Sequence record: ON506924
Length of the DNA stretch: 64,000 bases
Direction: 5' to 3' (one strand)
Origin: Escherichia phage vB_EcoM_SCS4
Shown: positions 1 through 11,836 of the stretch, one piece after another
Position numbering within the stretch: the first letter of the stretch is position 1
Layout of the letters: every line of letters starts with the position of its first letter
Program-made: the position numbers and the translations under genes
The notes under the pieces: generated by a model
What the model was told of the DNA's origin: nothing
Database searches by the model: none
What the model saw: only the letters and a program-made list of their open reading frames with translations

Positions 1-1492
1 AGGTTCTAACTGGACTGCGGAAATTTCTTCGTCTTCCTCTGGTTTAGCTGCAGTAATAACTCTTGGAAAAATTATTACTGATTCTGGTATTTTATTAGCT
101 GAAATTGAAAATGCTGAAGCTGCTATGACAGCGGTTGACTTTCAAGCAAATCTCGAAAAATACGGAATTCCAGGAGTAGTAGCTCTTTATCCAGGCGAAT
201 TAGGCGATAAAATTGAAATTGAAATCGTATCTAAAGCTGACTATGCAAAAGGAGCTTCTGCATTACTCCCAATTTATCCGGGCGGTGGTACTCGTGCATC
301 TACTGCTAAAGCAGTGTTTGGATATGGACCACAAACTGATTCACAGTACGCTATTATAGTTCGTCGTAATGATGCTATTGTTCAAAGCGTTGTTCTTTCA
401 ACTAAGCGTGGTGAAAAAGATATTTACGATAGTAACATCTATATCGATGACTTTTTCGCAAAAGGTGGTTCAGAATATATTTTTGCAACTGCACAAAACT
501 GGCCAGAAGGCTTCTCTGGAATTTTAACTCTGTCTGGTGGATTATCATCAAATGCTGAAGTAACAACAGGAGATTTGATGGAAGCTTGGGACTTCTTTGC
601 TGACCGTGAATCTGTTGACGTTCAGCTGTTTATTGCGGGTTCTTGTGCCGGTGAATCTTTAGAAACAGCATCTACTGTCCAAAAACACGTCGTTTCAATT
701 GGGGATGCTCGCCAAGATTGCTTAGTATTGTGCTCTCCTCCGCGTGAAACTGTAGTTGGAATTCCTGTAACTCGTGCGGTTGATAACTTAGTCAATTGGA
801 GAACCGCAGCAGGTTCATACACTGATAATAACTTTAATATCAGTTCAACCTACGCAGCAATTGATGGTAACTACAAGTATCAGTATGACAAATATAATGA
901 TGTGAATCGTTGGGTTCCATTAGCAGCTGATATTGCTGGTTTATGCGCAAGAACTGATAACGTATCTCAGACTTGGATGTCTCCAGCTGGTTATAATCGT
1001 GGTCAGATTCTTAACGTTATTAAACTGGCTATTGAAACTCGCCAGGCTCAGCGCGACCGTTTATACCAAGAAGCTATCAACCCAGTAACTGGTACAGGTG
1101 GTGATGGTTACGTATTGTATGGTGATAAAACAGNTACTTCTGTTCCTTCTCCATTTGATCGTATTAACGTTCGTCGTCTGTTTAATATGTTGAAAACGAA
1201 TATCGGACGTAGTTCAAAATATCGTTTGTTCGAATTAAACAACGCGTTTACTCGTTCATCATTCCGCACAGAAACTGCCCAGTACTTACAGGGAATTAAA
1301 GCTCTCGGTGGAATTTATGAATATCGTGTAGTTTGCGATACAACAAATAACACTCCGTCAGTAATTGATAGAAATGAGTTTGTTGCAACATTCTACATCC
1401 AACCGGCTCGTAGTATAAATTATATCCAACTTAATTTCGTCGCAACTGCTACCGGTGCAGATTTTGATGAGTTAACTGGTCTTGCAGGTTAA
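1..1492 (+). CDS. 18: tail sheath protein gp18, C-terminal part (5' end upstream of window)
   Basis: Open frame from position 2 to TAA at 1490-1492; translation (GSNWTAEISSSSSGLAAVITLGK ... ATGADFDELTGLAG) matches recalled T4 gp18 almost residue for residue. Confidence 0.95.
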   Translation, partial: GSNWTAEISSSSSGLAAVITLGKIITDSGILLAEIENAEAAMTAVDFQANLEKYGIPGVVALYPGELGDKIEIEIVSKADYAKGASALLPIYPGGGTRASTAKAVFGYGPQTDSQYAIIVRRNDAIVQSVVLSTKRGEKDIYDSNIYIDDFFAKGGSEYIFATAQNWPEGFSGILTLSGGLSSNAEVTTGDLMEAWDFFADRESVDVQLFIAGSCAGESLETASTVQKHVVSIGDARQDCLVLCSPPRETVVGIPVTRAVDNLVNWRTAAGSYTDNNFNISSTYAAIDGNYKYQYDKYNDVNRWVPLAADIAGLCARTDNVSQTWMSPAGYNRGQILNVIKLAIETRQAQRDRLYQEAINPVTGTGGDGYVLYGDKTXTSVPSPFDRINVRRLFNMLKTNIGRSSKYRLFELNNAFTRSSFRTETAQYLQGIKALGGIYEYRVVCDTTNNTPSVIDRNEFVATFYIQPARSINYIQLNFVATATGADFDELTGLAG

Positions 1493-1499
1493 TTGATTA

Positions 1500-1513
1500 G
1501 GGGCTTCGGCCCC
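1500..1513 (+). terminator. GC-rich hairpin with UUCG tetraloop (GGGGC-TTCG-GCCCC) directly after gene 18
   Basis: Perfect 5-bp GC stem and TTCG loop seen in sequence 8 nt after stop; same hairpin family recurs after many late genes in this window. Confidence 0.6.
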
Positions 1514-1530
1514 TATTCTCGAGGAAACAA

Positions 1531-2136
1531 GTGATTATTTCTAAGTTTGTTACAATAAAACCAAGAAATCATTCAAAAATGTGGTCGACAATTCTGGGAT
1601 ATAAAGTATCATATCATGATACAGTATCTGTTCCAATAGAATTAATGCCAAAGAATAGTAATAAAATAGTTGACGCTAAATGTGATTTGTGTGGTATTAA
1701 ATTTAGTAGAAGCATTCAACTTTTAAATAGAACACCAACACATGCATGTAGAAAATGTAGCATTAAACAAGTTGCTATTAAAAATTCGGAAGTTCAATCT
1801 GGAATAAGCAGACCATGGCAAAGAGGTGATAAACATCCTCGATGGACTGGCAAAAGAAAAGAGTTTGCATTATATGCTAGTAGAGTTCATTCTATAACTA
1901 AGTCAGCTAAAATAAGAAAAATCTGGTCAAAATGGCCGAATGNTGATAAAATAGGAATGTGCGGCGTAGAAGGTGCTTATCAACTCGATCATAAAGTATC
2001 TATCAAATATGGATTTGATAATTTAATTCCGCCGGAAATTATAGCAAGTGTAAAAAATTTAGAAATAATCACTTGGGAATCTAACCGAGAAAAGTCAAAA
2101 AGAAATAGCGTAGATCTTTGGGATTTACTAGAATGA
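1531..2136 (+). CDS. free-standing HNH-family homing endonuclease-like protein (201 aa, GTG start; alternative ATG at 1579)
   Basis: ORF between genes 18 and 19; Cys pairs (CDLCG ... CRKC) and H-N-N motif (QLDHKVSIKYGFDNLIPPEIIASVKNLEIITWESNREKSKRN); GAGGA 5 nt upstream of GTG; no gene at this position in T4 as I recall it. Confidence 0.7.
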   Translation: MIISKFVTIKPRNHSKMWSTILGYKVSYHDTVSVPIELMPKNSNKIVDAKCDLCGIKFSRSIQLLNRTPTHACRKCSIKQVAIKNSEVQSGISRPWQRGDKHPRWTGKRKEFALYASRVHSITKSAKIRKIWSKWPNXDKIGMCGVEGAYQLDHKVSIKYGFDNLIPPEIIASVKNLEIITWESNREKSKRNSVDLWDLLE

Positions 2137-2143
2137 TTCTAAA

Positions 2144-2161
2144 GGCCTGTTTCGGCAGGCC
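2144..2161 (+). terminator. hairpin GGCCTG-(T)TTCG(G)-CAGGCC after the HNH ORF
   Basis: inverted repeat seen in sequence 8 nt after TGA of HNH ORF. Confidence 0.45.
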
Positions 2162-2221
2162 ATATAAATACACTATATCCTTAATTCTTTAATTCTATAT
2201 GCCCTAGGTTAAACATAGGGA

Positions 2222-2229
2222 TATAAATA
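2222..2229 (+). promoter_or_regulatory. T4-type late promoter TATAAATA upstream of gene 19 (second copy at 2163-2170)
   Basis: exact TATAAATA 15 nt upstream of gene 19 ATG; consensus of gp55-dependent late promoters. Confidence 0.55.
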
Positions 2230-2243
2230 CTACAGAGGCTAAT

Positions 2244-2735
2244 ATGTTTGTAGATGATGTAACACGAGCGTTTGAATCTGGTGATTTTGCTCGACCTAAC
2301 TTATTCCAAGTAGAAATTTCTTATCTTGGACAAAATTTTACGTTTCAATGTAAAGCCACTGCTTTACCAGCTGGTATTGTAGAAAAAATTCCAGTCGGAT
2401 TTATGAACCGTAAAATTAACGTAGCAGGCGATCGTACATTCGATGACTGGACTGTTACAGTAATGAACGATGAAGCTCATGATGCTCGCCAGAAGTTTGT
2501 TGATTGGCAAAGCATTGCTGCAGGACAAGGAAACGAAATTACTGGTGGAAAACCTGCAGAGTATAAAAAGAGCGCTATCGTTCGTCAATATGCTCGTGAC
2601 GCTAAAACAGTAACAAAAGAAATTGAAATTAAAGGTCTGTGGCCTACTAACGTGGGTGAACTTCAATTGGATTGGGATTCAAACAATGAAATCCAAACAT
2701 TTGAAGTAACTCTTGCTCTCGATTATTGGGAATAA
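2244..2735 (+). CDS. 19: tail tube protein gp19 (163 aa)
   Basis: translation and length match T4 gp19; preceded by late promoters. Confidence 0.95.
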   Translation: MFVDDVTRAFESGDFARPNLFQVEISYLGQNFTFQCKATALPAGIVEKIPVGFMNRKINVAGDRTFDDWTVTVMNDEAHDARQKFVDWQSIAAGQGNEITGGKPAEYKKSAIVRQYARDAKTVTKEIEIKGLWPTNVGELQLDWDSNNEIQTFEVTLALDYWE

Positions 2736-2767
2736 AATGAATGGGGAGAAATCCCCATCCTGCTTAA

Positions 2768-4392
<1,625 letters not shown>

Positions 4393-4393
<1 letters not shown>

Positions 4394-4641
4394 TGGAAGG
4401 TTTAATTGAAGCTATTAAATCAAACGACCTCGTAGCCGCTCGTAAATTATTTGCTGAAGCCATGGCTGCAAGAACGATTGATTTAATTAAAGAAGAAAAA
4501 ATCGCTATCGCTCGTAATTTCTTAATCGAAGGTGAAGAACCTGATGACGAGGATGATGACGAAGACGAAGATAGTGATGATAAAGACGACAAAAAAGACA
4601 AAGACTCTGATGAAGATGACGAAGACGAGGATGATGAATAA
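4393..4641 (+). CDS. 67: prohead core protein gp67 (acidic C-terminal tail)
   Basis: 82-aa ORF overlapping gene 20 stop (TAATG); poly-Asp/Glu tail typical of T4 gp67. Confidence 0.9.
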
Positions 4642-5066
4642 TGCTTCTGATCCCTGAAACTCATGAATTAGTTCTCGAGAATGTCGAAGCACTTATTCCT
4701 GAAGCACAGGGTCGCTTTGACGAATTGTCTTCTGCTTTAGATAAAGACGATATAAATACAATTGTCGAGAATATGCTTGATGATGAAACTGATTTAGCGG
4801 TTGCATTAGCTTCTATTAATGAAAATATGCCGTTAAATGAGTTCATCGTTAAACATGTTTCTGCCCGTGGTGAAATTACTCGCACTAAAGATCGCAAAAC
4901 CCGCGAACGAAATGCATTTCAAACCACTGGGTTGTCTAAAGCAAAACGTAGACAAATTGCTCGTAAAGCTACCAAAACGAAGATTGCCAATCCAGCAGGT
5001 CAATCTCGTGCTCAGCGTAAGCGTAAAAAAGCTCTTAAACGCCGTAAAGCATTAGGATTAAGCTAA
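4641..5066 (+). CDS. 68: prohead core protein gp68
   Basis: 141-aa ORF in T4 position between 67 and 21; basic C-terminus. Confidence 0.88.
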   Translation: MLLIPETHELVLENVEALIPEAQGRFDELSSALDKDDINTIVENMLDDETDLAVALASINENMPLNEFIVKHVSARGEITRTKDRKTRERNAFQTTGLSKAKRRQIARKATKTKIANPAGQSRAQRKRKKALKRRKALGLS

Positions 5067-5704
5067 TGAATGAACCCCAATTACTAATTGAAACTTGGGG
5101 TCAACCTGGCGAAATTATTGATGGCGTACCAATGCTTGAATCTCATGATGGAAAAGACTTAGGTTTAAAACCGGGTTTATACATCGAAGGAATATTCATG
5201 CAAGCGGAAGTCGTCAATAGAAATAAACGTCTTTATCCAAAACGTATATTAGAAAAAGCGGTAAAAGACTATATTAATGAGCAAGTTTTAACTAAACAAG
5301 CTCTCGGAGAATTAAATCATCCTCCACGCGCTAATGTTGACCCAATGCAAGCCGCTATCATTATAGAAGATATGTGGTGGAAAGGAAATGACGTATACGG
5401 ACGAGCTCGTGTTATTGAAGGTGACCATGGTCCTGGAGATAAATTAGCAGCTAATATTCGTGCCGGATGGATTCCAGGAGTTTCTTCTCGTGGATTAGGT
5501 TCATTGACTGACACAAATAAAGGTTATCGTATCGTAAACGAAGGATTCAAATTAACTGTAGGTGTTGATGCAGTATGGGGTCCAAGTGCTCCAGATGCAT
5601 GGGTAACTCCTAAGGAAATTACCGAATCACAGACGGCGGAAGCCGATACAAGTGCCGATGACGCCTATATGGCTCTCGCAGAGGCCATGAAAAAAGCGTT
5701 ATAA
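5066..5704 (+). CDS. 21: prohead core protease gp21 (212 aa)
   Basis: length and sequence match T4 gp21. Confidence 0.95.
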   Translation: MNEPQLLIETWGQPGEIIDGVPMLESHDGKDLGLKPGLYIEGIFMQAEVVNRNKRLYPKRILEKAVKDYINEQVLTKQALGELNHPPRANVDPMQAAIIIEDMWWKGNDVYGRARVIEGDHGPGDKLAANIRAGWIPGVSSRGLGSLTDTNKGYRIVNEGFKLTVGVDAVWGPSAPDAWVTPKEITESQTAEADTSADDAYMALAEAMKKAL

Positions 5705-5707
5705 ATA
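5700..5707 (+). promoter_or_regulatory. late promoter TATAAATA upstream of gene 22
   Basis: exact TATAAATA about 28 nt upstream of gene 22 ATG. Confidence 0.5.
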
Positions 5708-5734
5708 TTATTATCTAAACAACAGGACTACAAA

Positions 5735-6544
5735 ATGCTTAAAGAACAACTGATTGCCGAAGCGCAAAAAATTGATGCTTCCGTTGCTCTTGATAGTATT
5801 TTCGAATCAGTTAATATTTCTCCGGAAGCAAAAGAAACTTTCGGCACTGTATTCGAAGCTACCGTCAAGCAGCACGCCGTTAAATTAGCTGAATCTCATA
5901 TCGCTAAAATTGCTGAAAAAGCAGAAGAAGAAGTAGAAAAAAATAAAGAAGAAGCCGAAGAAAAAGCCGAGAAGAAAATCGCTGAGCAAGCTTCTAAATT
6001 CATTGACCATCTTGCGAAAGAATGGCTCGCTGAAAATAAATTAGCAGTTGATAAAGGCATCAAAGCCGAACTGTTTGAATCCATGCTTGGTGGATTAAAA
6101 GAGCTCTTTGTTGAACACAACGTTGTTGTTCCAGAAGAATCAGTTGATGTTGTAGCTGAAATGGAAGAAGAGCTGCAAGAACATAAAGAAGAATCAGCTC
6201 GTCTGTTCGAAGAACTCAATATGCGCGACGCATATATCAATTATGTGCAGCGTGAAGTGGCATTGAGCGAAAGTACTAAAGATCTGACTGAGTCTCAAAA
6301 AGAAAAAGTCTCTGCTCTGGTCGAAGGTATGGATTATTCAGATGCATTCTCAAGTAAATTGAGTGCCATCGTAGAAATGGTGAAGAAGTCTAATAAAGAT
6401 GAAAGCACTATTACTGAGGGTATAAATACTCCTGATACTGAAGCAGCCGGACTGAATTTCGTCACTGAAGCTGTAGAAGATAAAGCTGCACCTGGTGCAG
6501 AAGATATTGTAAGTGTATATGCGAAAGTCGCATCTCGTTTCTAA
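5735..6544 (+). CDS. 22: prohead core scaffolding protein gp22 (269 aa)
   Basis: Glu/Lys-rich coiled-coil protein of the same length and position as T4 gp22. Confidence 0.93.
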   Translation: MLKEQLIAEAQKIDASVALDSIFESVNISPEAKETFGTVFEATVKQHAVKLAESHIAKIAEKAEEEVEKNKEEAEEKAEKKIAEQASKFIDHLAKEWLAENKLAVDKGIKAELFESMLGGLKELFVEHNVVVPEESVDVVAEMEEELQEHKEESARLFEELNMRDAYINYVQREVALSESTKDLTESQKEKVSALVEGMDYSDAFSSKLSAIVEMVKKSNKDESTITEGINTPDTEAAGLNFVTEAVEDKAAPGAEDIVSVYAKVASRF

Positions 6545-6562
6545 TTTTAAAGGTTAACACAA

Positions 6563-8128
6563 ATGACTATCAAAACTAAAGCTGAACTTTTGAACAAATG
6601 GAAGCCATTACTGGAAGGTGAAGGTTTACCGGAAATTGCTAATAGCAAACAAGCGATTATCGCTAAAATCTTTGAAAACCAGGAAAAAGATTTCCAGACA
6701 GCTCCAGAGTACAAAGACGAAAAAATCGCTCAGGCGTTCGGTTCTTTCTTAACAGAAGCTGAAATCGGCGGTGACCACGGTTACAATGCTACTAACATCG
6801 CTGCTGGTCAGACTTCTGGCGCAGTAACTCAGATTGGCCCAGCTGTTATGGGTATGGTACGTCGTGCTATTCCTAACCTGATTGCTTTCGATATTTGCGG
6901 TGTTCAGCCGATGAACAGCCCGACTGGTCAGGTATTCGCACTGCGCGCAGTATATGGTAAAGACCCAATCGCTGCCGATGCTAAAGAAGCATTCCACCCA
7001 ATGTATGGTCCAGATGCAATGTTCTCTGGTCAGGGTGCTGCTAAGAAATTCCCAGCTCTGGCTGCTAGCACACAAACCGTTGTAGGTGATATCTATACTC
7101 ACTTCTTCCAGGAAACTGGTACTGTGTATCTGCAGGCTTCCGCTGTAGTAACAATCGATGCTAGTGCATCTGACGCAGCTAAATTAGATGCTGAAATTAA
7201 GAAACAAATGGAAGCTGGCGTACTGGTAGAAATCGCTGAAGGTATGGCTACTTCTATCGCTGAACTTCAGGAAGGTTTCAACGGTTCTACCGATAACCCA
7301 TGGAATGAAATGGGCTTCCGTATCGATAAACAAGTTATCGAAGCTAAATCTCGTCAGCTGAAAGCTGCTTACTCTATCGAATTAGCACAAGACCTCCGCG
7401 CTGTTCACGGTATGGATGCTGATGCTGAACTGTCTGGTATTCTGGCTACCGAAATCATGCTGGAAATCAACCGTGAAGTTGTTGATTGGATTAACTACTC
7501 AGCTCAGGTTGGTAAATCTGGTATGACCCTGACTCCAGGTTCTAAAGCTGGTGTATTTGACTTCCAGGACCCAATCGATATTCGTGGTGCTCGTTGGGCA
7601 GGTGAATCCTTTAAAGCTCTGTTGTTCCAGATTGACAAAGAAGCAGTTGAAATTGCTCGCCAGACTGGTCGCGGCGAAGGTAACTTCATTATCGCTTCCC
7701 GTAACGTAGTTAACGTTCTGGCTTCAGTTGATACTGGCATTTCTTATGCTGCACAGGGTCTGGCTACCGGCTTCAACACTGATACTACCAAGTCAGTATT
7801 TGCTGGTGTTCTGGGTGGTAAATACCGCGTATATATCGACCAGTATGCTAAACAGGATTATTTCACTGTAGGTTATAAAGGTCCGAACGAAATGGATGCT
7901 GGTATTTACTATGCTCCATATGTAGCTCTGACTCCGCTGCGTGGTTCCGATCCGAAGAACTTCCAACCGGTAATGGGATTCAAAACTCGTTACGGTATCG
8001 GTATCAACCCATTTGCAGAATCCGCTGCTCAGGCTCCGGCTTCTCGCATCCAGAGCGGTATGCCTTCTATTCTGAATAGCCTTGGTAAAAACGCTTACTT
8101 TAGACGTGTATATGTTAAAGGTATCTAA
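6563..8128 (+). CDS. 23: major capsid protein gp23 (521 aa precursor)
   Basis: translation MTIKTKAELLNKWKPLLEGEGLPEIANSKQ ... RRVYVKGI matches T4 gp23. Confidence 0.97.
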   Translation: MTIKTKAELLNKWKPLLEGEGLPEIANSKQAIIAKIFENQEKDFQTAPEYKDEKIAQAFGSFLTEAEIGGDHGYNATNIAAGQTSGAVTQIGPAVMGMVRRAIPNLIAFDICGVQPMNSPTGQVFALRAVYGKDPIAADAKEAFHPMYGPDAMFSGQGAAKKFPALAASTQTVVGDIYTHFFQETGTVYLQASAVVTIDASASDAAKLDAEIKKQMEAGVLVEIAEGMATSIAELQEGFNGSTDNPWNEMGFRIDKQVIEAKSRQLKAAYSIELAQDLRAVHGMDADAELSGILATEIMLEINREVVDWINYSAQVGKSGMTLTPGSKAGVFDFQDPIDIRGARWAGESFKALLFQIDKEAVEIARQTGRGEGNFIIASRNVVNVLASVDTGISYAAQGLATGFNTDTTKSVFAGVLGGKYRVYIDQYAKQDYFTVGYKGPNEMDAGIYYAPYVALTPLRGSDPKNFQPVMGFKTRYGIGINPFAESAAQAPASRIQSGMPSILNSLGKNAYFRRVYVKGI

Positions 8129-8154
8129 TCTCTAACGATAGAAACACAATTTTA

Positions 8155-8172
8155 GGGAGCCTTCGGGCTCCC
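8155..8172. terminator. bidirectional hairpin GGGAGCC-TTCG-GGCTCCC between gene 23 (+) and segD (-)
   Basis: perfect 7-bp stem with UUCG loop followed by T-run; seen in sequence. Confidence 0.65.
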
Positions 8173-8177
8173 TTTTT

Positions 8178-8849
8178 CTATTTTATACGATAGCAATCAG
8201 GCATATCATCCGCATTTATCCAATTGCGAATAGTTTTAGGACTAACTTTAAAATGCTCCGCTGCGTAATCAGGATTATCAAATTTAACGCCCTTTATACA
8301 TATTGGAATAAATTTTTTAATACCACCAAGTTTTTCAGAAATAGCTTTACGATGTGAAATCGATATAGGTTTATTTTTTCGTGGATGAACATGTGTTTTA
8401 TAATATTCATTGCGCCCTTTAACTCGCTTCGCAATAGTTTCATCAGATTGCTTAACGCCTGTTTTTGCCTTTGATATTTTTCGTTTAGCTTCCACAGTCA
8501 TTCCTTCTTTTGTTCGTATTGATAACATATTACGATATGAAGGATCTTGCAAATGAACTATAACTGGATTTCCTCTGCCACCAATAGCAGCATTATAGGT
8601 ATCAGTTCTCATAACGAATTCCTCATTGACTAGTAAAGCTTCCATTTTATACATCTCCTCAGATGAGGAGAAAGAATAAAGAATTTCTTTTTTAAAGTTA
8701 TGAATACCATATTTTTTGATGGATTTTTTGATGTTTACGCCAGAACCCATATAACCATCGTTTTCGTCAAGAGTAGCATGAGCTCCGATGTAAATTTTTC
8801 CATTGATGATATTAGTAATTTGATATATTAAATATTTCATTTTAAACAT
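8178..8849 (-). CDS. segD: GIY-YIG homing endonuclease SegD
   Basis: GIY-YIG motif (IYQITNIINGKIYIGAH) at N-terminus; lies between genes 23 and 24 as in T4; start chosen at the internal Met that gives 223 aa (maximal ORF extends to 8879). Confidence 0.8.
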   Translation of the reverse strand: MFKMKYLIYQITNIINGKIYIGAHATLDENDGYMGSGVNIKKSIKKYGIHNFKKEILYSFSSSEEMYKMEALLVNEEFVMRTDTYNAAIGGRGNPVIVHLQDPSYRNMLSIRTKEGMTVEAKRKISKAKTGVKQSDETIAKRVKGRNEYYKTHVHPRKNKPISISHRKAISEKLGGIKKFIPICIKGVKFDNPDYAAEHFKVSPKTIRNWINADDMPDCYRIK

Positions 8850-8904
8850 CGCTCCGTTTGTATATGAATATAATATCATATTACTTTGGTCTTGTAAATA
8901 ACTT

Positions 8905-8912
8905 TATAAATA
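8905..8912 (+). promoter_or_regulatory. late promoter TATAAATA upstream of gene 24
   Basis: exact TATAAATA about 28 nt upstream of gene 24 ATG. Confidence 0.5.
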
Positions 8913-8939
8913 GTATTATATTTCAACAAGGAAAATACA

Positions 8940-10223
8940 ATGGCTAAAATCAACGAACTTCTGCGCGAATCAACAACAACGAATAGCAACTCAATCGGTC
9001 GCCCAAATCTCGTTGCTTTGACTCGCGCTACCACTAAATTAATATATTCTGACATTGTAGCAACGCAAAGAACTAATCAACCTGTTGCTGCTTTTTATGG
9101 TATCAAATACCTTAACCCAGACAATGAATTTACATTTAAAACTGGTGCTACTTACGCTGGCGAAGCTGGATATGTAGACCGAGAACAAATCACAGAATTA
9201 ACAGAAGAGTCTAAATTAACTCTCAATAAAGGCGATTTATTCAAATATAATAATATCGTTTATAAAGTATTAGAAGATACTCCATTTGCTGATATTGAAG
9301 AAAGCGATTTAGAATTAGCTCTTCAGATTGCAATTGTTCTTTTAAAGGTTCGTCTATTTTCTGACGCAGCGTCAACAAGCAAATTTGAAAGCTCTGATAG
9401 CGAAATTGCGGATGCTAGATTCCAGATTAATAAATGGCAAACCGCAGTTAAATCTCGTAAACTTAAAACTGGTATCACAGTTGAATTAGCACAAGATTTA
9501 GAAGCAAATGGATTCGATGCTCCTAATTTCTTGGAAGATTTGCTTGCAACTGAAATGGCGGATGAAATTAATAAAGATATTCTGCAGTCTTTGATTACAG
9601 TATCAAAACGCTATAAAGTTACAGGAATTACTGATAGTGGATTCATCGATTTGAGTTATGCATCTGCTCCTGAAGCTGGTCGTTCATTATACCGAATGGT
9701 ATGTGAAATGGTTTCGCATATCCAAAAAGAATCAACTTATACAGCAACGTTCTGTGTTGCTTCAGCTCGTGCTGCTGCGATTCTTGCTGCATCAGGTTGG
9801 TTAAAACATAAACCAGAAGATGATAAATATCTTTCACAAAATGCCTACGGGTTCTTAGCTAATGGTTTACCGCTTTATTGCGATACTAACAGCCCATTAG
9901 ATTATGTAATCGTTGGCGTAGTAGAAAATATCGGTGAAAAAGAAATTGTTGGTTCAATTTTCTATGCTCCGTATACAGAAGGTCTTGACTTAGATGACCC
10001 TGAACATGTGGGTGCATTTAAAGTTGTTGTTGATCCAGAAAGCTTACAACCGTCTATCGGTTTATTAGTTAGATATGCTTTATCAGCAAATCCTTATACT
10101 GTAGCAAAAGATGAAAAAGAAGCAAGAATAATTGACGGTGGAGACATGGATAAAATGGCAGGTCGTTCAGATTTGTCTGTTTTATTAGGTGTTAAATTAC
10201 CAAAAATTATTATTGATGAATAA
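8940..10223 (+). CDS. 24: capsid vertex protein gp24 (427 aa)
   Basis: length and sequence match T4 gp24 (gp23 paralogue). Confidence 0.95.
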   Translation: MAKINELLRESTTTNSNSIGRPNLVALTRATTKLIYSDIVATQRTNQPVAAFYGIKYLNPDNEFTFKTGATYAGEAGYVDREQITELTEESKLTLNKGDLFKYNNIVYKVLEDTPFADIEESDLELALQIAIVLLKVRLFSDAASTSKFESSDSEIADARFQINKWQTAVKSRKLKTGITVELAQDLEANGFDAPNFLEDLLATEMADEINKDILQSLITVSKRYKVTGITDSGFIDLSYASAPEAGRSLYRMVCEMVSHIQKESTYTATFCVASARAAAILAASGWLKHKPEDDKYLSQNAYGFLANGLPLYCDTNSPLDYVIVGVVENIGEKEIVGSIFYAPYTEGLDLDDPEHVGAFKVVVDPESLQPSIGLLVRYALSANPYTVAKDEKEARIIDGGDMDKMAGRSDLSVLLGVKLPKIIIDE

Positions 10224-10229
10224 AGCAAA

Positions 10230-10245
10230 GGGACCTTTCGGTCCC
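10230..10245. terminator. hairpin GGGACC-TTTC-GGTCCC followed by T-run, between gene 24 and rnlB
   Basis: seen in sequence between convergent genes. Confidence 0.6.
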
Positions 10246-10252
10246 TTTTTAT

Positions 10253-11257
10253 TTAACTTACCAATTCAATCCAAGCCGGACGAAGTACATCTTGTACCAT
10301 TTTAACTAATTCCTTCTTAATCAAAGAAGGATTATCCGCTTGAGTTAGAATAATACCTTCACGAGAAGTTTCTTCCAAAATATCTTGAACAGTTAGTCCC
10401 ATCACCTTTCCAAAATCTTTAGGACCAATTTCGCCAATTTTAGAAATAACGTTATTTACCCGGTTCAGTGTAACGTAACAAGCTAAAATCCCCACCAATT
10501 TGTTATCAGCTTCTGACAGTTCAACTTTAGCTTTAATAGGCTTATCAGACTTTTTCTTTTCACTAAATTTAGAGTTCTTGCATTTAATCGCCACACGATT
10601 GCGATTAGGCAGCCAAGAAGGATAACAAGGTTTCAATACATATCCTTCAGCAGTAAATACTTCGCCTTTTGCTTCGGCATTCCAAATGCATTTATTTGCA
10701 TCAACTAATCCGGCATGGTCTACTGTAAAATTATAATCTTGGACGACAGAATCTAAATCATTTGGCAATTTAATAAGCTCTTCAAATTTACCGCGACCTA
10801 AAAGTGGAGCCATTTTAAATTTAAACGTATTACAGAATGATTCCATCATATAATCATCGACATAAGTCACATCACCACTTTCTGTAGTAACAATAATGTC
10901 AAATACATAAAAATCTTTATCACCATAATCGACATTCTTCTGAATGCCAGGTCCAGCAAATTCGCCAAAGACTTGATAAGATACAACTGCCGAAGTTTCC
11001 ATAATATCTTGTACTGCTTTAATGGAATCAGCGTAATTCTTTAGAATAATTTCATACCCAAAGAAATCTTCAGCAGGAAGAATAGGACCAGTACGTTTAG
11101 CGCAAGTCACTTTATCGCGTTCAATAATCAGTGAGAAATTTGTGCCATGAATCTTTTCACGAGCTACCCATTCGCCGCCAGTCAATCCTAAGCTGTAAAG
11201 TTTTTCAATGAATTTAGAATTGTAATGATTTTCAAGACTGCTATACTTTTTAAACAT
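10253..11257 (-). CDS. rnlB: RNA ligase 2 (334 aa)
   Basis: translation [43 protein letters not shown] (ligase KxHG motif) matches T4 Rnl2. Confidence 0.95.
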   Translation of the reverse strand: MFKKYSSLENHYNSKFIEKLYSLGLTGGEWVAREKIHGTNFSLIIERDKVTCAKRTGPILPAEDFFGYEIILKNYADSIKAVQDIMETSAVVSYQVFGEFAGPGIQKNVDYGDKDFYVFDIIVTTESGDVTYVDDYMMESFCNTFKFKMAPLLGRGKFEELIKLPNDLDSVVQDYNFTVDHAGLVDANKCIWNAEAKGEVFTAEGYVLKPCYPSWLPNRNRVAIKCKNSKFSEKKKSDKPIKAKVELSEADNKLVGILACYVTLNRVNNVISKIGEIGPKDFGKVMGLTVQDILEETSREGIILTQADNPSLIKKELVKMVQDVLRPAWIELVS

Positions 11258-11266
11258 AATTAATCC

Positions 11267-11545
11267 TCAAAATGTAATTTCTAACCAATCACCATCACGC
11301 TGATCGCTATTGACTTTAAAGCTAAATCCTTCTTTTCTCAGCCAATCACCAATTTCTTCAGTAATCAATTTATCGCGAGCAGTACAATAATAATTAAAAT
11401 GTGTTTTACCTTGTTCAGCTGCTTTATTAGCAAGTTCCGAAAAATCTTTAATAAAGCACTCTAGTTTAAACTGTTTACTTTTGAATGCTTTTTCGCGTAA
11501 TTGATTAGCAAAAGATTCATTTTCATAAAGATCATACTGTTCCAT
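11267..11545 (-). CDS. 24.2: hypothetical protein (T4 24.2 position)
   Basis: 92-aa ORF, collinear with T4. Confidence 0.7.
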   Translation of the reverse strand: MEQYDLYENESFANQLREKAFKSKQFKLECFIKDFSELANKAAEQGKTHFNYYCTARDKLITEEIGDWLRKEGFSFKVNSDQRDGDWLEITF

Positions 11546-11747
11546 TTTTCACCTTTTTATTGATATGTCTTTTTCTATAGACAACTTTTTCTCGAGTTTC
11601 AAATTTATTCTTAGCAGTCATAGCTCGAGCCCATAATACAGCCACTTCTTTCGCCTGTAAGTTTAATTCACGAGCAATTTCAATGAATGACTTTCCAGAC
11701 TCATGAAGAGTAAACACCACAACCTCAGTTCTCATAATCAATCTCAT
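11532..11747 (-). CDS. 24.3: hypothetical small protein with HTH-like segment (T4 24.3 position)
   Basis: 71-aa ORF overlapping 24.2 start; collinear with T4. Confidence 0.65.
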   Translation of the reverse strand: MRLIMRTEVVVFTLHESGKSFIEIARELNLQAKEVAVLWARAMTAKNKFETREKVVYRKRHINKKVKNGTV

Positions 11748-11816
11748 GTTATCGAGTTGGTGCCATTATATACATCATTTTCTGAGTGTGTTTTGTGTGC
11801 TTTTAAAATGAAGAAA

Positions 11817-11830
11817 GGGGCCGAAGCCCC
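11817..11830 (-). terminator. hairpin GGGGC-TTCG-GCCCC (minus-strand sense) downstream of hoc
   Basis: perfect GC stem and UUCG loop seen in sequence. Confidence 0.55.
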
Positions 11831-11836
11831 TTATGA

